Assembly (NCBI GenBank): GCA_022791775.1
Contig: JAAVZT010000013.1
Span: forward strand, 1-62,620
Origin: Bacilli bacterium
GTDB taxonomy: Bacteria; Bacillota_I; Bacilli_A; RF39; UBA660
Reading direction: 5' to 3'
DNA length: 62,620 nucleotides
The notes beneath the pieces were generated by a model. That model did not search any database. It worked only from the letters and a program-made list of their open reading frames with translations, and was not told where the DNA came from. Positions 18,622 through 28,557 of the stretch are shown one piece after another. Every line of letters begins with the position of its first letter. Position 1 is the first letter of the stretch. The position numbers were made by a program, and so were the translations under genes.

Positions 18622-19023
18622 GTGACTAATATGAAAAAGAAAAAAAGTGGCTTTACTTTGATTGAGTTATTAGCAGTGATTGCCATATTAGGTATTTTAG
18701 CAACGATCGCTACGACGAGTGCGATAGGGGTATCTTTAAAGTTAAAGCAAAAGATGTATTGTGAGAAATTAGATTTTATTGAGAATGCTGCTAAGCAATA
18801 TGGAAGTGATATGTTAGATAGTTTAAATACGACAGGTATTACGTTATCGTTAGGAGAACTTGTTAATCGAGGAAAGTTAAAAGCTGATCAAAATGTAGCG
18901 GGAAGTTATATTATAGATCCGCGGGATAATTCTTCAATGGATCATATTACTGTGCGTATTTATTTAAAAAATAAGCGAGCTTATGCGCATGTGAATGTAG
19001 ATCGAACGATTTGTGAGCGTTGA
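18622..19023 (+). CDS. Type IV pilin-like protein
   Basis: KKSG|FTLIELLAVIAILGIL prepilin cleavage/methylation motif. Confidence 0.85.
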   Translation: MTNMKKKKSGFTLIELLAVIAILGILATIATTSAIGVSLKLKQKMYCEKLDFIENAAKQYGSDMLDSLNTTGITLSLGELVNRGKLKADQNVAGSYIIDPRDNSSMDHITVRIYLKNKRAYAHVNVDRTICER

Positions 19024-19079
19024 TTTGCAACGGTTTTATAAGTGTGATAGAATAATTTATTTAGAAAGGGGAGTTTTTT

Positions 19080-20387
19080 ATGAAACAAACCGTGTGTTTA
19101 ATTGGGAGACCGAATGTTGGAAAAAGTTCGCTCTTTAATCGTTTGATTAAAGAAGATCGTGCTATTATTATGGATGTTCCTGGTATTACAAGAGACCGCA
19201 TTTATGGAACGGTACAATATCAAAATAAATCCTTTTTTTTGATTGATACTGGAGGATTGGATTTAGGACACCAAGATTTTAAAGAGGATATTTTTGTACA
19301 AGCTAGTTTTGCGATGGAAGAAGCCGATACTATTTTGTTTATTGTGGATGGGACACAAGAATTAAATGAAAATGATTATCGAATTCGAGATTTATTAATG
19401 AAAAGTCAAAAACGAGTGATTGTGGTTGTAAATAAAATTGATAATTTGAAGCGAGAAGATCAAATTTATGCCTTTTATGAATTGGGATTTGAGACAGTAC
19501 TTGGAGTGTCTGCAGCTCATAAAAGAGGTTTAACTGAATTATTAGAAGAGATTACTCAAAATTATCAGGAGCAGGCGGAGGAAGAGGAAGAGATCTGTAA
19601 GTTTTGTTTAATCGGTCGACCGAATGTGGGAAAGAGTAGTTTGATGAATGCTCTTTTAAACGAGGAAAGAGCGATTGTAAGTGAGGTAGCTGGTACTACA
19701 AGAGATGCTGTTGATACCCGTTTTACTTATCATAATGAGGATTATATTGTTATAGATACGGCTGGAATACGAAAAAAAGGACGTATTTATGAAGAAGTGG
19801 AAAGATATAGTTTACTTCGTAGTATGAAAGCTATGGAGCGCAGTGATGTCTGTGTCTTAGTAATTGATGCGGAAGATGGAATCAAAGAACATGAAAAACA
19901 TATTGTATCAATGGCTATTGAGCTGGGAAAAGGAATTGTAATTGTGGTAAATAAATGGGATCTTGTAAAAAATCCTGATCAAGAGATCAAAAATTGGAAA
20001 GAAAAATTATTTTATGAATTTCAATTTTTAAGATACGCTAAGATTGTGTTTTTATCTGCTTTTACCAAAAAAAGAATTCATACATTAATGCCAGAAATTA
20101 TTGCTGCTTATGAAAATAATCGAAAATATATTATGACAAGTCAATTAAATAATGTCATAGAAGAAGCCGTAAAATTGCATGAGGCACCTTCTTATAAAGG
20201 GAAACGTTTAAAGATTTATTATGTTGCACAAATGGATGCGAAACCTCCCAAATTTGTATTTCATGTAAATAATAAAGGCTTGGTTCATTTTAGTTATGAG
20301 CGTTATTTAGAAAATAAAATTCGAGAGAATTTTGATTTGACTGGAACACCGATTTTATTAAAATTTAAAAATAAAAGTGAAAAATAG
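19080..20387 (+). CDS. der: Ribosome biogenesis GTPase Der/EngA
   Basis: Two GRPNVGKS G-domains, DTGG/DTAG, NKID/NKWD, KH-like tail YERYLEN..RE.F...GTPI. Confidence 0.97.
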   Translation: MKQTVCLIGRPNVGKSSLFNRLIKEDRAIIMDVPGITRDRIYGTVQYQNKSFFLIDTGGLDLGHQDFKEDIFVQASFAMEEADTILFIVDGTQELNENDYRIRDLLMKSQKRVIVVVNKIDNLKREDQIYAFYELGFETVLGVSAAHKRGLTELLEEITQNYQEQAEEEEEICKFCLIGRPNVGKSSLMNALLNEERAIVSEVAGTTRDAVDTRFTYHNEDYIVIDTAGIRKKGRIYEEVERYSLLRSMKAMERSDVCVLVIDAEDGIKEHEKHIVSMAIELGKGIVIVVNKWDLVKNPDQEIKNWKEKLFYEFQFLRYAKIVFLSAFTKKRIHTLMPEIIAAYENNRKYIMTSQLNNVIEEAVKLHEAPSYKGKRLKIYYVAQMDAKPPKFVFHVNNKGLVHFSYERYLENKIRENFDLTGTPILLKFKNKSEK

Positions 20388-20390
20388 ACC

Positions 20391-20879
20391 TTAACGTTCT
20401 ATTTTTTTTATTGGGGTTTGTTCGATGATTTGTCGACCTTTTTCAACCATTTTTCGGGCTAGTTCTAGGTTTGCTTCGGAAGTGATATTGGAATATTTTG
20501 AAGCTAGATTTAATGAAAAATTTTCGTTTGTTTCTTGAAAATTATGATCTAGTATTGTTAATTTTCCACTGGCATCGTAAAATTCACCTTCATAGAAAAA
20601 AATAAAATGTTCTAAATTATCATATATTTTTCCACTTGGAAAAAGGAATTTTAGTATTTGGGCATATAGGGCACAATACCCATTTTGATAGTAATGAATG
20701 GCTAGATCTCCTTGTTTTTGACAAAAGTTAGCGATGTGTTTCCAATTTGTTTTTTTTGTTTGCTGATCTATAATTGGAATCCACCATATGTTTGATTCAT
20801 CAATTTCTGGGTAGTCTTCAAAATAGTATTCAAATATTATATTAATATTTTCAATTACATTTAGAATTTGACTGTTCAT
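20391..20879 (-). CDS. Hypothetical protein
   Basis: 162-aa ORF with RBS GAGGTG; YYQNGYC...H...FYDASG motif, family not recognised. Confidence 0.6.
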   Translation of the reverse strand: MNSQILNVIENINIIFEYYFEDYPEIDESNIWWIPIIDQQTKKTNWKHIANFCQKQGDLAIHYYQNGYCALYAQILKFLFPSGKIYDNLEHFIFFYEGEFYDASGKLTILDHNFQETNENFSLNLASKYSNITSEANLELARKMVEKGRQIIEQTPIKKIER

Positions 20880-20993
20880 CTAGGCACCTCGTTTCTAAAT
20901 TTAACATATTATATGATAGAAAACTAGAAATTAAAAGGCTTAAGTTGAAAAAATATATGATAAATGATACATTAAGAAGAGTGAGGCGATTGG

Positions 20994-22385
20994 ATGAAAG
21001 AGTTAACGGTTAAGGATGTCTTAAGGGAATGTCATGGAACATTATTAGTAGGAGAGAGAGATGTTTGCTTCAGAACCTTTTCGATTGATACGCGAACGAT
21101 TCAACAAGGTGATGTTTATGTAGGAATTTATGGAGAAAATGTAGATGGAAATCAATTTTTTGATCAAGCGTTTCAAAAAGGAGCCATTGCCTGTATTTTA
21201 GATCGTATTGATCTAAATTATATTGACATTACAAAATATACAAGACCAATTATTTTAGTGGAGGATTCTGTTTTGGCGTTACAACAACTTGCGACTTATA
21301 AAAGAAGTTTGGTTCAGATTCCAGTTGTTGCTGTAACAGGTAGTGTTGGTAAAACGAGTACGAAAGAAATGATCGCTTCTGTTTTAGAAACAAAATATCG
21401 GGTTTTGAAAACGCCGGGGAATTTAAATGGTCAGATTGGTTTACCTTTAAGTATTTTGCATTTAAAAGATGAAGAAATTATGGTTCTTGAAATGGGAATG
21501 AACGATTTTGGGCAAATTTCTATTTTAAGTAAAATTGCAAAGCCAACTATGGGAGTTATTACTAACATTGGGACTGCGCATTTAGGGTTATTAGGTTCTA
21601 GGGAAAATATTTTAAAGGCTAAGTTAGAAATTTTAGAAGGAATGCCACAACATAGTCCTCTTATTATTAATGCAGACAATGATTTGCTTTCTCCTTTAAT
21701 GTATCCCAATTATTCTATTTACCGTTGTGGAATTTTAGCCAAGGCTGATTATATGGCTGAACATTTAGAAATGGATTTTCAAACAACATCTTTTGTTTTA
21801 AAATGTCGAGATGAAAAGGAAAAGATTATTCTTCCCGTTATGGGAGAAGCTTTTGTCATGAATAGTTTATTAGCTGTTGCGGTAGGGGATTTCTTTCAGG
21901 TCCCTTTATCCGATATTAAAAAGGGATTGGAACATTTTCATATGGCCGATAATCGAATGGAATTTGTTTCTTTAAAGGATCATATGTTATTGATTAACGA
22001 TTCTTATAATTCGAATTATGAGGCTTTAAAAAGTGCTTTATCTGTCCTAGTAAATTGTGGATTTGGTCGTAAGATTGCTGTTTTAGGAGATGTATTAGAG
22101 TTAAATGAATTTGGTCGTGAAATTCATGAAAAAATTGGTCATTTGGAAGAAATTATGAAAATAGATGCTTTGTTTTTAAGAGGAGAAAATGCTTTTTATA
22201 TTAAAACAGGAGCTATGGATCAAGGATTCGATGAAAAGAAAATTTTCTATTTTTCCTCAAACGACGAATTAGAGAATGCTCTAAAAGCTTTTTTAGAACC
22301 AAATGATACGATTTTAGTAAAATCAAGTAAGGGAATGAAATTTAGTAAGATTGCTGAAAATTTAAAAGAAAGTTATTTGTTGTAA
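20994..22385 (+). CDS. murF: UDP-N-acetylmuramoyl-tripeptide--D-Ala-D-Ala ligase
   Basis: IDTR, VTGSVGKTSTKE, LEMGM, TNIGTAH, INDSYNSN, VLGD..ELN, VKSSKG. Confidence 0.93.
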   Translation: MKELTVKDVLRECHGTLLVGERDVCFRTFSIDTRTIQQGDVYVGIYGENVDGNQFFDQAFQKGAIACILDRIDLNYIDITKYTRPIILVEDSVLALQQLATYKRSLVQIPVVAVTGSVGKTSTKEMIASVLETKYRVLKTPGNLNGQIGLPLSILHLKDEEIMVLEMGMNDFGQISILSKIAKPTMGVITNIGTAHLGLLGSRENILKAKLEILEGMPQHSPLIINADNDLLSPLMYPNYSIYRCGILAKADYMAEHLEMDFQTTSFVLKCRDEKEKIILPVMGEAFVMNSLLAVAVGDFFQVPLSDIKKGLEHFHMADNRMEFVSLKDHMLLINDSYNSNYEALKSALSVLVNCGFGRKIAVLGDVLELNEFGREIHEKIGHLEEIMKIDALFLRGENAFYIKTGAMDQGFDEKKIFYFSSNDELENALKAFLEPNDTILVKSSKGMKFSKIAENLKESYLL

Positions 22386-22642
22386 CTTTCTTTTTTTGAA
22401 TCAATTCTTTTGTTTAAAATAATCCGACTTGGATCTGTATTGAAAAAATCTGTGATTTCTTTTTCTAGTAATTCGGCTAGATTACTTAAAAATTCTACGG
22501 ATACATTAATTTCTCCACGTTCTACACAAGCCATATATTTGGGATTTAATTTATATTCTCCGTAAAATTTTTCTTGACATAATCTAGATTCATAACGAAA
22601 ATATTTTAAATTACGACCAATAATTTTCTTTATGTCATCCAT
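22373..22642 (-). CDS. XRE-family HTH protein
   Basis: IGRNLKYFR...QEKF....NPKYMACVERGEINVS; likely ATG at 22642 after GAAAGGG. Confidence 0.75.
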   Translation of the reverse strand: MDDIKKIIGRNLKYFRYESRLCQEKFYGEYKLNPKYMACVERGEINVSVEFLSNLAELLEKEITDFFNTDPSRIILNKRIDSKKESYNK

Positions 22643-22767
22643 TTTGTTTGCCCTTTCATTACTATTAATATACTTAGAAATTCTCATTCAAGTCTACCTA
22701 TCCAAAACTGCACAAAATTGACTTTTTTCTTTGTATCCTTTATTATTAAAAGTCAAGGAGGATTGTA

Positions 22768-22977
22768 ATGAGGAGTAAAGTAAATGAACGCTTACAAAAT
22801 CTACGAATACAGCATGCGTATACGTATCAAAATATGGCTGATAAATTACATATTTGTAAAGCATTCTATTGGCAAATTGAACATAATAATCGGCGTGTAC
22901 AATATAAATTAGCGAAAGAAATCGCTGCTATTTTTCATTTAAAACCAGATGATATTTTCTATCATGCAACAAATTAA
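22768..22977 (+). CDS. Short XRE-family HTH protein (paralog of 24348-24554)
   Basis: YTYQNMADKLHICKAFYWQIEH..RR...LAKEIAAIFHLKPDDIF; RBS AAGGAGG. Confidence 0.85.
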   Translation: MRSKVNERLQNLRIQHAYTYQNMADKLHICKAFYWQIEHNNRRVQYKLAKEIAAIFHLKPDDIFYHATN

Positions 22978-23012
22978 TCTATTTTCATATATTATGATAG
23001 GAGGCTTTTTTT

Positions 23013-23255
23013 ATGGAGTTAGGAGATTCTTTTTTTAAAAAGGTGGAGAAAAAAACCAAGGTAAGTAAAGATACAATTTTATCATTAGCTAATAAATTAC
23101 AGCAGGGAAATATGAAGGACGAAGCCACTCTAAGAGAAATTATTCATAGTTTAAGTGGGATGACAGGCAAACCTGTATCGAAGGAACGAGAAGATAAAAT
23201 TGTGAAAACGATTATTAATGATCAAGTTCCAACTAATGTCGAAAAAATGTTTTAA
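23013..23255 (+). CDS. spoVIF: Stage VI sporulation protein F
   Basis: FFKKVEKKT.V....I.SLA......DE..LRE.I......GKPVSKEREDKIV; CATATATTA box at 22986. Confidence 0.8.
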   Translation: MELGDSFFKKVEKKTKVSKDTILSLANKLQQGNMKDEATLREIIHSLSGMTGKPVSKEREDKIVKTIINDQVPTNVEKMF

Positions 23256-23270
23256 AAAAGTAGCTTAGGG

Positions 23271-23705
23271 CTACTTTATTTTTTGGATAAATTCCTCCAA
23301 AGGGATTTGATACTTTTTAGATAATTCGATGGCTGTCATGATTGTAATTAATGTTTTTCCACTCTCATAATTATGGATGCTGGATTGGCTTGTTTGAATG
23401 GTTTTGGCAAAATCTTTTTGACTTAGATTGTGACTTAATCGAATTAAACGAATATTTTTTGCTATAGTTTCATCTGAAATTTGAAGTTCTTTTTCTCTTT
23501 TAATGGGTACTTCGGATAAACCAGCTAAATAATCTAAAGATAATTTATACATATTGGCAACATCATTTAAGCGCTTTAAAGGAATAATATCTTTTCCACA
23601 TTCCCAACCACCATAAGTGGAACGATTTACTTTCAAAACTTCAGCAGTTTCTCGTTGCGTATTTGCTTCATAATCTCGTATATCTTTTATTTTTTTTCCT
23701 AACAT
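23271..23705 (-). CDS. Tandem double-XRE HTH regulator
   Basis: Two cI-like HTH domains (TQRETAEVL..RSTYGGWECG; SQKDFA....QSSIHNYESG); ATG at 23705 after AAAGGAAAG. Confidence 0.85.
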   Translation of the reverse strand: MLGKKIKDIRDYEANTQRETAEVLKVNRSTYGGWECGKDIIPLKRLNDVANMYKLSLDYLAGLSEVPIKREKELQISDETIAKNIRLIRLSHNLSQKDFAKTIQTSQSSIHNYESGKTLITIMTAIELSKKYQIPLEEFIQKIK

Positions 23706-23815
23706 TTTTCTTCTTTCCTTTGTTATTAATTTTCGCAAAGAAAATAAAAAAATACGGATATGTGTGGGTTAAAGTAATTTTTGGTTTTTCTTAAAGTGCT
23801 AAGTTTTTATGTTCA

Positions 23816-24250
23816 TTACTTGATTAATTGTTCTAAAGAAATATGATAGGTTTTAGCTAATTCAATGGCATTCATGGTGGTGATCAAAGTTTTTCCGGTT
23901 TCATAGTTGTGGATACTTGATTGGCTCGACTGAATTGATTCAGCAAATTCTTTTTGACTCATCTTATAGCTAAGTCGAATTAAGCGGATATTTTTGGCAA
24001 TGATTGTCAAATCGATATCTATCTTTTTTAGGCGTTTTTCTTGTATTGTTGTTAATCCTGCTATGTAGTCAATGGTTACTTGGTAAAAATTGGCTAACTC
24101 GTTTAGTTTTTTTAGTGGTATAATATCTTTTCCACATTCCCAACCTGCATAAGTAGAACGTGCTACGTTTAAAAAGTAGGCTGTTTCTTTTTGCGTTTTT
24201 GCTTCGTATTCCCTTAAATCCTTTAGTTTTTCAAACATCATATTTATCAT
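23816..24250 (-). CDS. Tandem double-XRE HTH regulator (paralog of 23271-23705)
   Basis: Same architecture; shared WECGKDIIPLK and IAKNIRLIRLS motifs. Confidence 0.85.
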   Translation of the reverse strand: MINMMFEKLKDLREYEAKTQKETAYFLNVARSTYAGWECGKDIIPLKKLNELANFYQVTIDYIAGLTTIQEKRLKKIDIDLTIIAKNIRLIRLSYKMSQKEFAESIQSSQSSIHNYETGKTLITTMNAIELAKTYHISLEQLIK

Positions 24251-24347
24251 CCTTGTTTTTATTCTCGCAAAGAAATTGAAAAAACTTGGAAAAGTGTGGG
24301 TTATAATAATTCAGTGTGCTATAATGTGTTTATATAAGGAGGAAGTT

Positions 24348-24554
24348 ATGAAAGAAACTTATCAGACGTTGCAAAAATTGCGATTAGAAGAGAATTATAC
24401 GTATCAGGATATGGCTGAAAAACTGAATATTAGTAAGTGCTATTATTGGCAGATTGAGCATAAAAAAAGAAGATTATATTATGATTTAGCCAAACGAATT
24501 GCTGCAATTTTTCATTTAAAACCAGATGATATTTTTTTTGATGAAATTGAATAA
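24348..24554 (+). CDS. Short XRE-family HTH protein
   Basis: YTYQDMAEKLNISKCYYWQIEH..RR....AAIFHLKPDDIF; ATG at 24348 after AAGGAGG. Confidence 0.85.
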   Translation: MKETYQTLQKLRLEENYTYQDMAEKLNISKCYYWQIEHKKRRLYYDLAKRIAAIFHLKPDDIFFDEIE

Positions 24555-24630
24555 TGGTCGCGATAGTTTTAATTTGGTATAAAATAGTCTTTTCCATCAT
24601 AATCTTTGGTAGATTAGAAAGAGGTAAGTT

Positions 24631-26109
24631 ATGGAAAAAGTTGATTTGCTAGAGAGTATTGCCAAACGAGGAAATGGAGAAATCTATCTAGGAGTAGTAG
24701 GAGCAGTAAGAACCGGTAAAAGTACTTTTATTAAACGGTTTATTGAAAATTTAGTGGTACCAAATATCCATGATGAAATAGAGCGAAAGCGTTGTTTGGA
24801 TGAAATTCCTCAAAGTGCTCAAGGAAAAACTATTATGACTACAGAGCCAAAGTTTGTTCCATCGTCAGGAGCTAAAATTGAAGTAGAGAATTTTAGTGCT
24901 GAAATTAAATTGGTAGATTGTGTTGGATATGTTATTCCAAATAGTAATGGGTATGAAGATCAAGATGGAAATCCTAGAATGGTAAAGACACCTTGGTTTA
25001 ATGAATCTGTTCCTTTTGTAGAAGCTGCAGAAATTGGGACTGAAAAAGTGATTCGTGATCATTCTACGATCGGAATTGTCGTAACTACGGATGGATCTTT
25101 TGGAGAATTAAAACGTCCAGATTATTTAGAAGCTGAAGAAAAAGTTATAACTGAACTAAAAAGTATTGGGAAACCTTTTATAGTTGTTTTAAATACATCT
25201 AAACCGAATAGTATGGAAGCTAAAAATTTGGCAGATGAGTTAAGAGGAAATTATGAAGTTCCTGTTATGCCAATTAGTGTGGAAGAAATGACTGAAAATG
25301 ATATAATGGATATTTTGAAGCAAGCTTTATATGAATTTCCAATATTAAATATTGAAGTAAATATTCCAGAGTGGGTCCATGTTCTTCAAAATACAAATGA
25401 AATTAAAAAGCATTATTTAGAAAAAATAAGAGAAAGTGTTGTTGAAGTACAAAAAGTAAGAGATGTCGAAACCATAATGGAGCATTTTAAAGATAGTGAA
25501 TTTATTTCGAATGCTTATATTGGTAATTTAGATGCTGCAACTGGATGTGTTACAATTAATTTAGAAAGTAGTGATGAGTTATATCAAAGTGTGCTTACAA
25601 GCATGATGGGAGAAAGTGTTACGACAAAAGCAGGATTATTAAAAATATTTGCGACCTATAGTGAAGGAAGAGAAGAATTAGAAAGTATTAAACAGGCTAT
25701 TAAAATGAGTAAAAGTACAGGTTATGGTATAGTTTATCCTACTTTAAAGGATATGAAATTACAAACACCAGAAATTATTAAACAGGGAAATCGTTATGGA
25801 GTAAAATTGAAAGCGGTTGCAAGTAGTATTCATTTAATGCGTGTCGATGTAGAAAGTACATTTGAACCAATTATTGGAAGTGAAATTCAAAGTAAAGAGT
25901 TAATTAATTATTTAATGAAGGATTATGAAACAGATCCTGCTAGTATATGGAAAAGTGAAATATTTGGACGAAGTTTAGATGTCATTGTAAAAGAAGGGAT
26001 TCAGGCGAAGCTTTCTATCATGCCTGAAAATACACGATATAAATTAAGTCAAACTGTAACGAAGATTGTCAATAAAGGGTCAAGTAATTTAATTGCAATT
26101 GTACTTTAA
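24631..26109 (+). CDS. spoIVA: Stage IV sporulation protein A (coat basement ATPase)
   Basis: 492 aa; GVVGAVRTGKSTFIKRF, IMTTEPKFVP, DCVGY, HSTIGIVVTTDGS, C-terminal LIAIVL. Confidence 0.97.
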   Translation: MEKVDLLESIAKRGNGEIYLGVVGAVRTGKSTFIKRFIENLVVPNIHDEIERKRCLDEIPQSAQGKTIMTTEPKFVPSSGAKIEVENFSAEIKLVDCVGYVIPNSNGYEDQDGNPRMVKTPWFNESVPFVEAAEIGTEKVIRDHSTIGIVVTTDGSFGELKRPDYLEAEEKVITELKSIGKPFIVVLNTSKPNSMEAKNLADELRGNYEVPVMPISVEEMTENDIMDILKQALYEFPILNIEVNIPEWVHVLQNTNEIKKHYLEKIRESVVEVQKVRDVETIMEHFKDSEFISNAYIGNLDAATGCVTINLESSDELYQSVLTSMMGESVTTKAGLLKIFATYSEGREELESIKQAIKMSKSTGYGIVYPTLKDMKLQTPEIIKQGNRYGVKLKAVASSIHLMRVDVESTFEPIIGSEIQSKELINYLMKDYETDPASIWKSEIFGRSLDVIVKEGIQAKLSIMPENTRYKLSQTVTKIVNKGSSNLIAIVL

Positions 26110-26215
26110 GGTAAAAACTTTGTATTTTTATTGATTTTTCTTGACTTTCCAAGCTATTATTTGCTAACCTTAATACGTAAGGGTAAGCCCTTATAGGAAT
26201 GGGAGGTCGACGTAT

Positions 26216-26488
26216 ATGTCAAAAACAGAATTAATCGAATTTATTGCAGATAAAGCTGAAATGTCAAAAGCTGAAGCTGGTCGTGCGTTAGATGCAGTAT
26301 TAGAAGGAATTACAGAAGGATTAAAAAAAGAAGGAGAAGTTACTTTAGTTGGATTTGGTAAATTCAGTGCAAAGACTCGTGCTGCACGTGATGGAATCAA
26401 CCCTTCAACAAAAGAACCAATTAAAATTCCTGCTAAAACTGTAGCTACATTTAAAGCTGGAAGTAAATTAAAAGACGCTATTAAGTAA
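26216..26488 (+). CDS. hup: DNA-binding protein HU
   Basis: MSKTELI...GFGKF...RAARDGINP.T...IPA....FKAG..LKDA. Confidence 0.96.
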   Translation: MSKTELIEFIADKAEMSKAEAGRALDAVLEGITEGLKKEGEVTLVGFGKFSAKTRAARDGINPSTKEPIKIPAKTVATFKAGSKLKDAIK

Positions 26489-26502
26489 TAAATGAAATGA
26501 AT

Positions 26503-26534
26503 AAAAGACTACCTTGGGGGTAGTTTTTGTTTTT
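26503..26534 (+). terminator. Intrinsic terminator after hup
   Basis: AAAAGACTACC-TTGGG-GGTAGTTTTT. Confidence 0.7.
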
Positions 26535-26613
26535 GAGAGTAAAGTTTTCTTGTTTTATTTGACTATATTTTTAAATTAATAGTATACTTAAGTAGAGAGT
26601 TAGGTGTATTAAA

Positions 26614-27405
26614 ATGAAGCAACGTCTTTTTAGTGCTTTGGGTATGATTCTACTTGCAATTCCTCTGATTATTTTGGGGAATGCTTATTTTACTCTAGGG
26701 ATATTGCTTGTAGGAATATTAGGTCTTCATGAGCTTTTTCAAATAAATCCAAAATTGGAAAAAGTTCCTTTCTTGATTCGCATCTTATATTATTTTGCTT
26801 TTTTCATGATTGTTCTTTTGAAAGGAGAATATTCAAGCTTTTTTGGGCTAGACTATAAATTATTAGGGTTTTTCTTTCTTTTATTTGGTATTTTTAGTTT
26901 GATTTATCCAAAAGAAGAGTTTAAGACTACTGATGTATTTTATTTTTTAGGATTCTGTTTATTTTTGGGACTTGCATGTCGTAGTGTTATTTTTATTCGT
27001 AGTAGAGGTTTGTTCTTTTTTCTTTATTTTGTAATGACTTCTATTTTGACCGATACTTTTGCTTTTGTATTTGGCACGTTAATTGGGGTTCATAAAATGG
27101 CACCTAATATTAGCCCTAAAAAAACTTGGGAAGGAACTATTATGGGAGTAATTAGTGCCACGATTTTAGATAGTGCTTTTTATTTTTCCTTTGTTTCTCG
27201 AATGAATGTTGGTTTACTTCTTTTACTCACTTTTTTACTTTCAAGTATCAGTGTATTAGGAGATTTATTTTTTAGTAAGATAAAACGCGAACATCATGTG
27301 AAAGATTTTTCCAATTTAATTCCAGGTCATGGAGGAATATTAGATCGTTTTGATAGTGTCATTTTTGCAGCTCTTGCGTTTTGGATTATGGTTTCATATT
27401 TTTAA
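26614..27405 (+). CDS. cdsA: Phosphatidate cytidylyltransferase
   Basis: DTFAF..G, ISPKKTWEG, GDLFFS.IKR...VKDFSNLIPGHGGILDRFDS. Confidence 0.93.
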   Translation: MKQRLFSALGMILLAIPLIILGNAYFTLGILLVGILGLHELFQINPKLEKVPFLIRILYYFAFFMIVLLKGEYSSFFGLDYKLLGFFFLLFGIFSLIYPKEEFKTTDVFYFLGFCLFLGLACRSVIFIRSRGLFFFLYFVMTSILTDTFAFVFGTLIGVHKMAPNISPKKTWEGTIMGVISATILDSAFYFSFVSRMNVGLLLLLTFLLSSISVLGDLFFSKIKREHHVKDFSNLIPGHGGILDRFDSVIFAALAFWIMVSYF

Positions 27406-27417
27406 GGAGGAATAGTT

Positions 27418-28461
27418 ATGTGGTTTATTACTTTATTATTATTAATTTTTATTTTGGGAATTATTATATTAGTTCATGAATTTGGTCATTTTATTACGGC
27501 GAAAAAATCAGGAGTTCATATTTATGAATTTTCGATCGGTATGGGTCCAGTAATACGTACCCATAAAGGGAAAGATGGAATAGATTATAATATTCGAGCT
27601 TTTCCGATTGGGGGATTCGTTGCTATGGCTGGAGAAGTGTATGAAGATGATGGTAAGATATCACCAAATAAATTTTTATGCAATAAGCCTTGGTATCAGC
27701 GAATTATGATATTGGGAGCAGGAGTATTTAATAATTTTGTTATGGCGTTTGTCTTTTTGTTCTTTATTGCGATGATTTGGGGAACGACACCAATTTTGCC
27801 GAAAGTTGGCATGGTTCAAGAAAATTCAGCTGCCGAGGAAGCTGGGCTTTTGACAAACGATGAAATTATTCAAATTAACGGCCATAAAGTAACTTCTTGG
27901 GATGTAGCTCAGATTTATCTCTATTATAAAAATGATCTAGGAATATATGATTTTAAAGTATTACGTGATGGAAAAGAAGTGAATTTAGAGATAACGCCTA
28001 AAACGGTTGTAGAAGATGATACAGAACGGAAAGTATTTGGCTTTCAAATTGCTTCGGATTCTTCGAAAGGAATTTTGACCAGTCTAAAATATGCTTGGCA
28101 GAAATTTTGGACAATTGTTCATAGCATGGTTTTGACGTTATCTGGATTATTTACAGGAAATTTATCTATTAAGGCGTTGTCAGGTCCAGTAGGTATGTAT
28201 CAAGTGGTAGGCGAAAGCATTCAACATGGAATAAGTCAAATTATGTATTTAATAGCTTTGTTGAGTATTAATGTTGGCTTTTTAAATATTTTACCTTTTC
28301 CTGCATTTGATGGTGGAAGAATTTTCTTTATGATCATTGAGAAAATAAAAGGTAGTAAGATTAATTCAAAATTAGAAAATACTATGAATAATGTGGGATT
28401 TATTTTGCTTATGTTATTAATGATTTATATTACATTTCAAGATATTTTGAATTTATTTTGA
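27418..28461 (+). CDS. rseP: RIP metalloprotease RseP/RasP
   Basis: HEFGH, FSIGMGP, PDZ domain, NILPFPAFDGGR. Confidence 0.93.
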   Translation: MWFITLLLLIFILGIIILVHEFGHFITAKKSGVHIYEFSIGMGPVIRTHKGKDGIDYNIRAFPIGGFVAMAGEVYEDDGKISPNKFLCNKPWYQRIMILGAGVFNNFVMAFVFLFFIAMIWGTTPILPKVGMVQENSAAEEAGLLTNDEIIQINGHKVTSWDVAQIYLYYKNDLGIYDFKVLRDGKEVNLEITPKTVVEDDTERKVFGFQIASDSSKGILTSLKYAWQKFWTIVHSMVLTLSGLFTGNLSIKALSGPVGMYQVVGESIQHGISQIMYLIALLSINVGFLNILPFPAFDGGRIFFMIIEKIKGSKINSKLENTMNNVGFILLMLLMIYITFQDILNLF

Positions 28462-28557
28462 CTCGAGAAGAATTTTATTTCTTCTTTTTTTATAATTATT
28501 TGACAATTTATTTTTTTGTGTTATAATATGCTCTAATTAAAAAGGGGGAGGAATTTT

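Noticed and set aside
22373-24554. XRE cluster as a prophage immunity region
   Set aside because: No integrase, replication or structural phage genes are present, and the flanks are core and sporulation genes.
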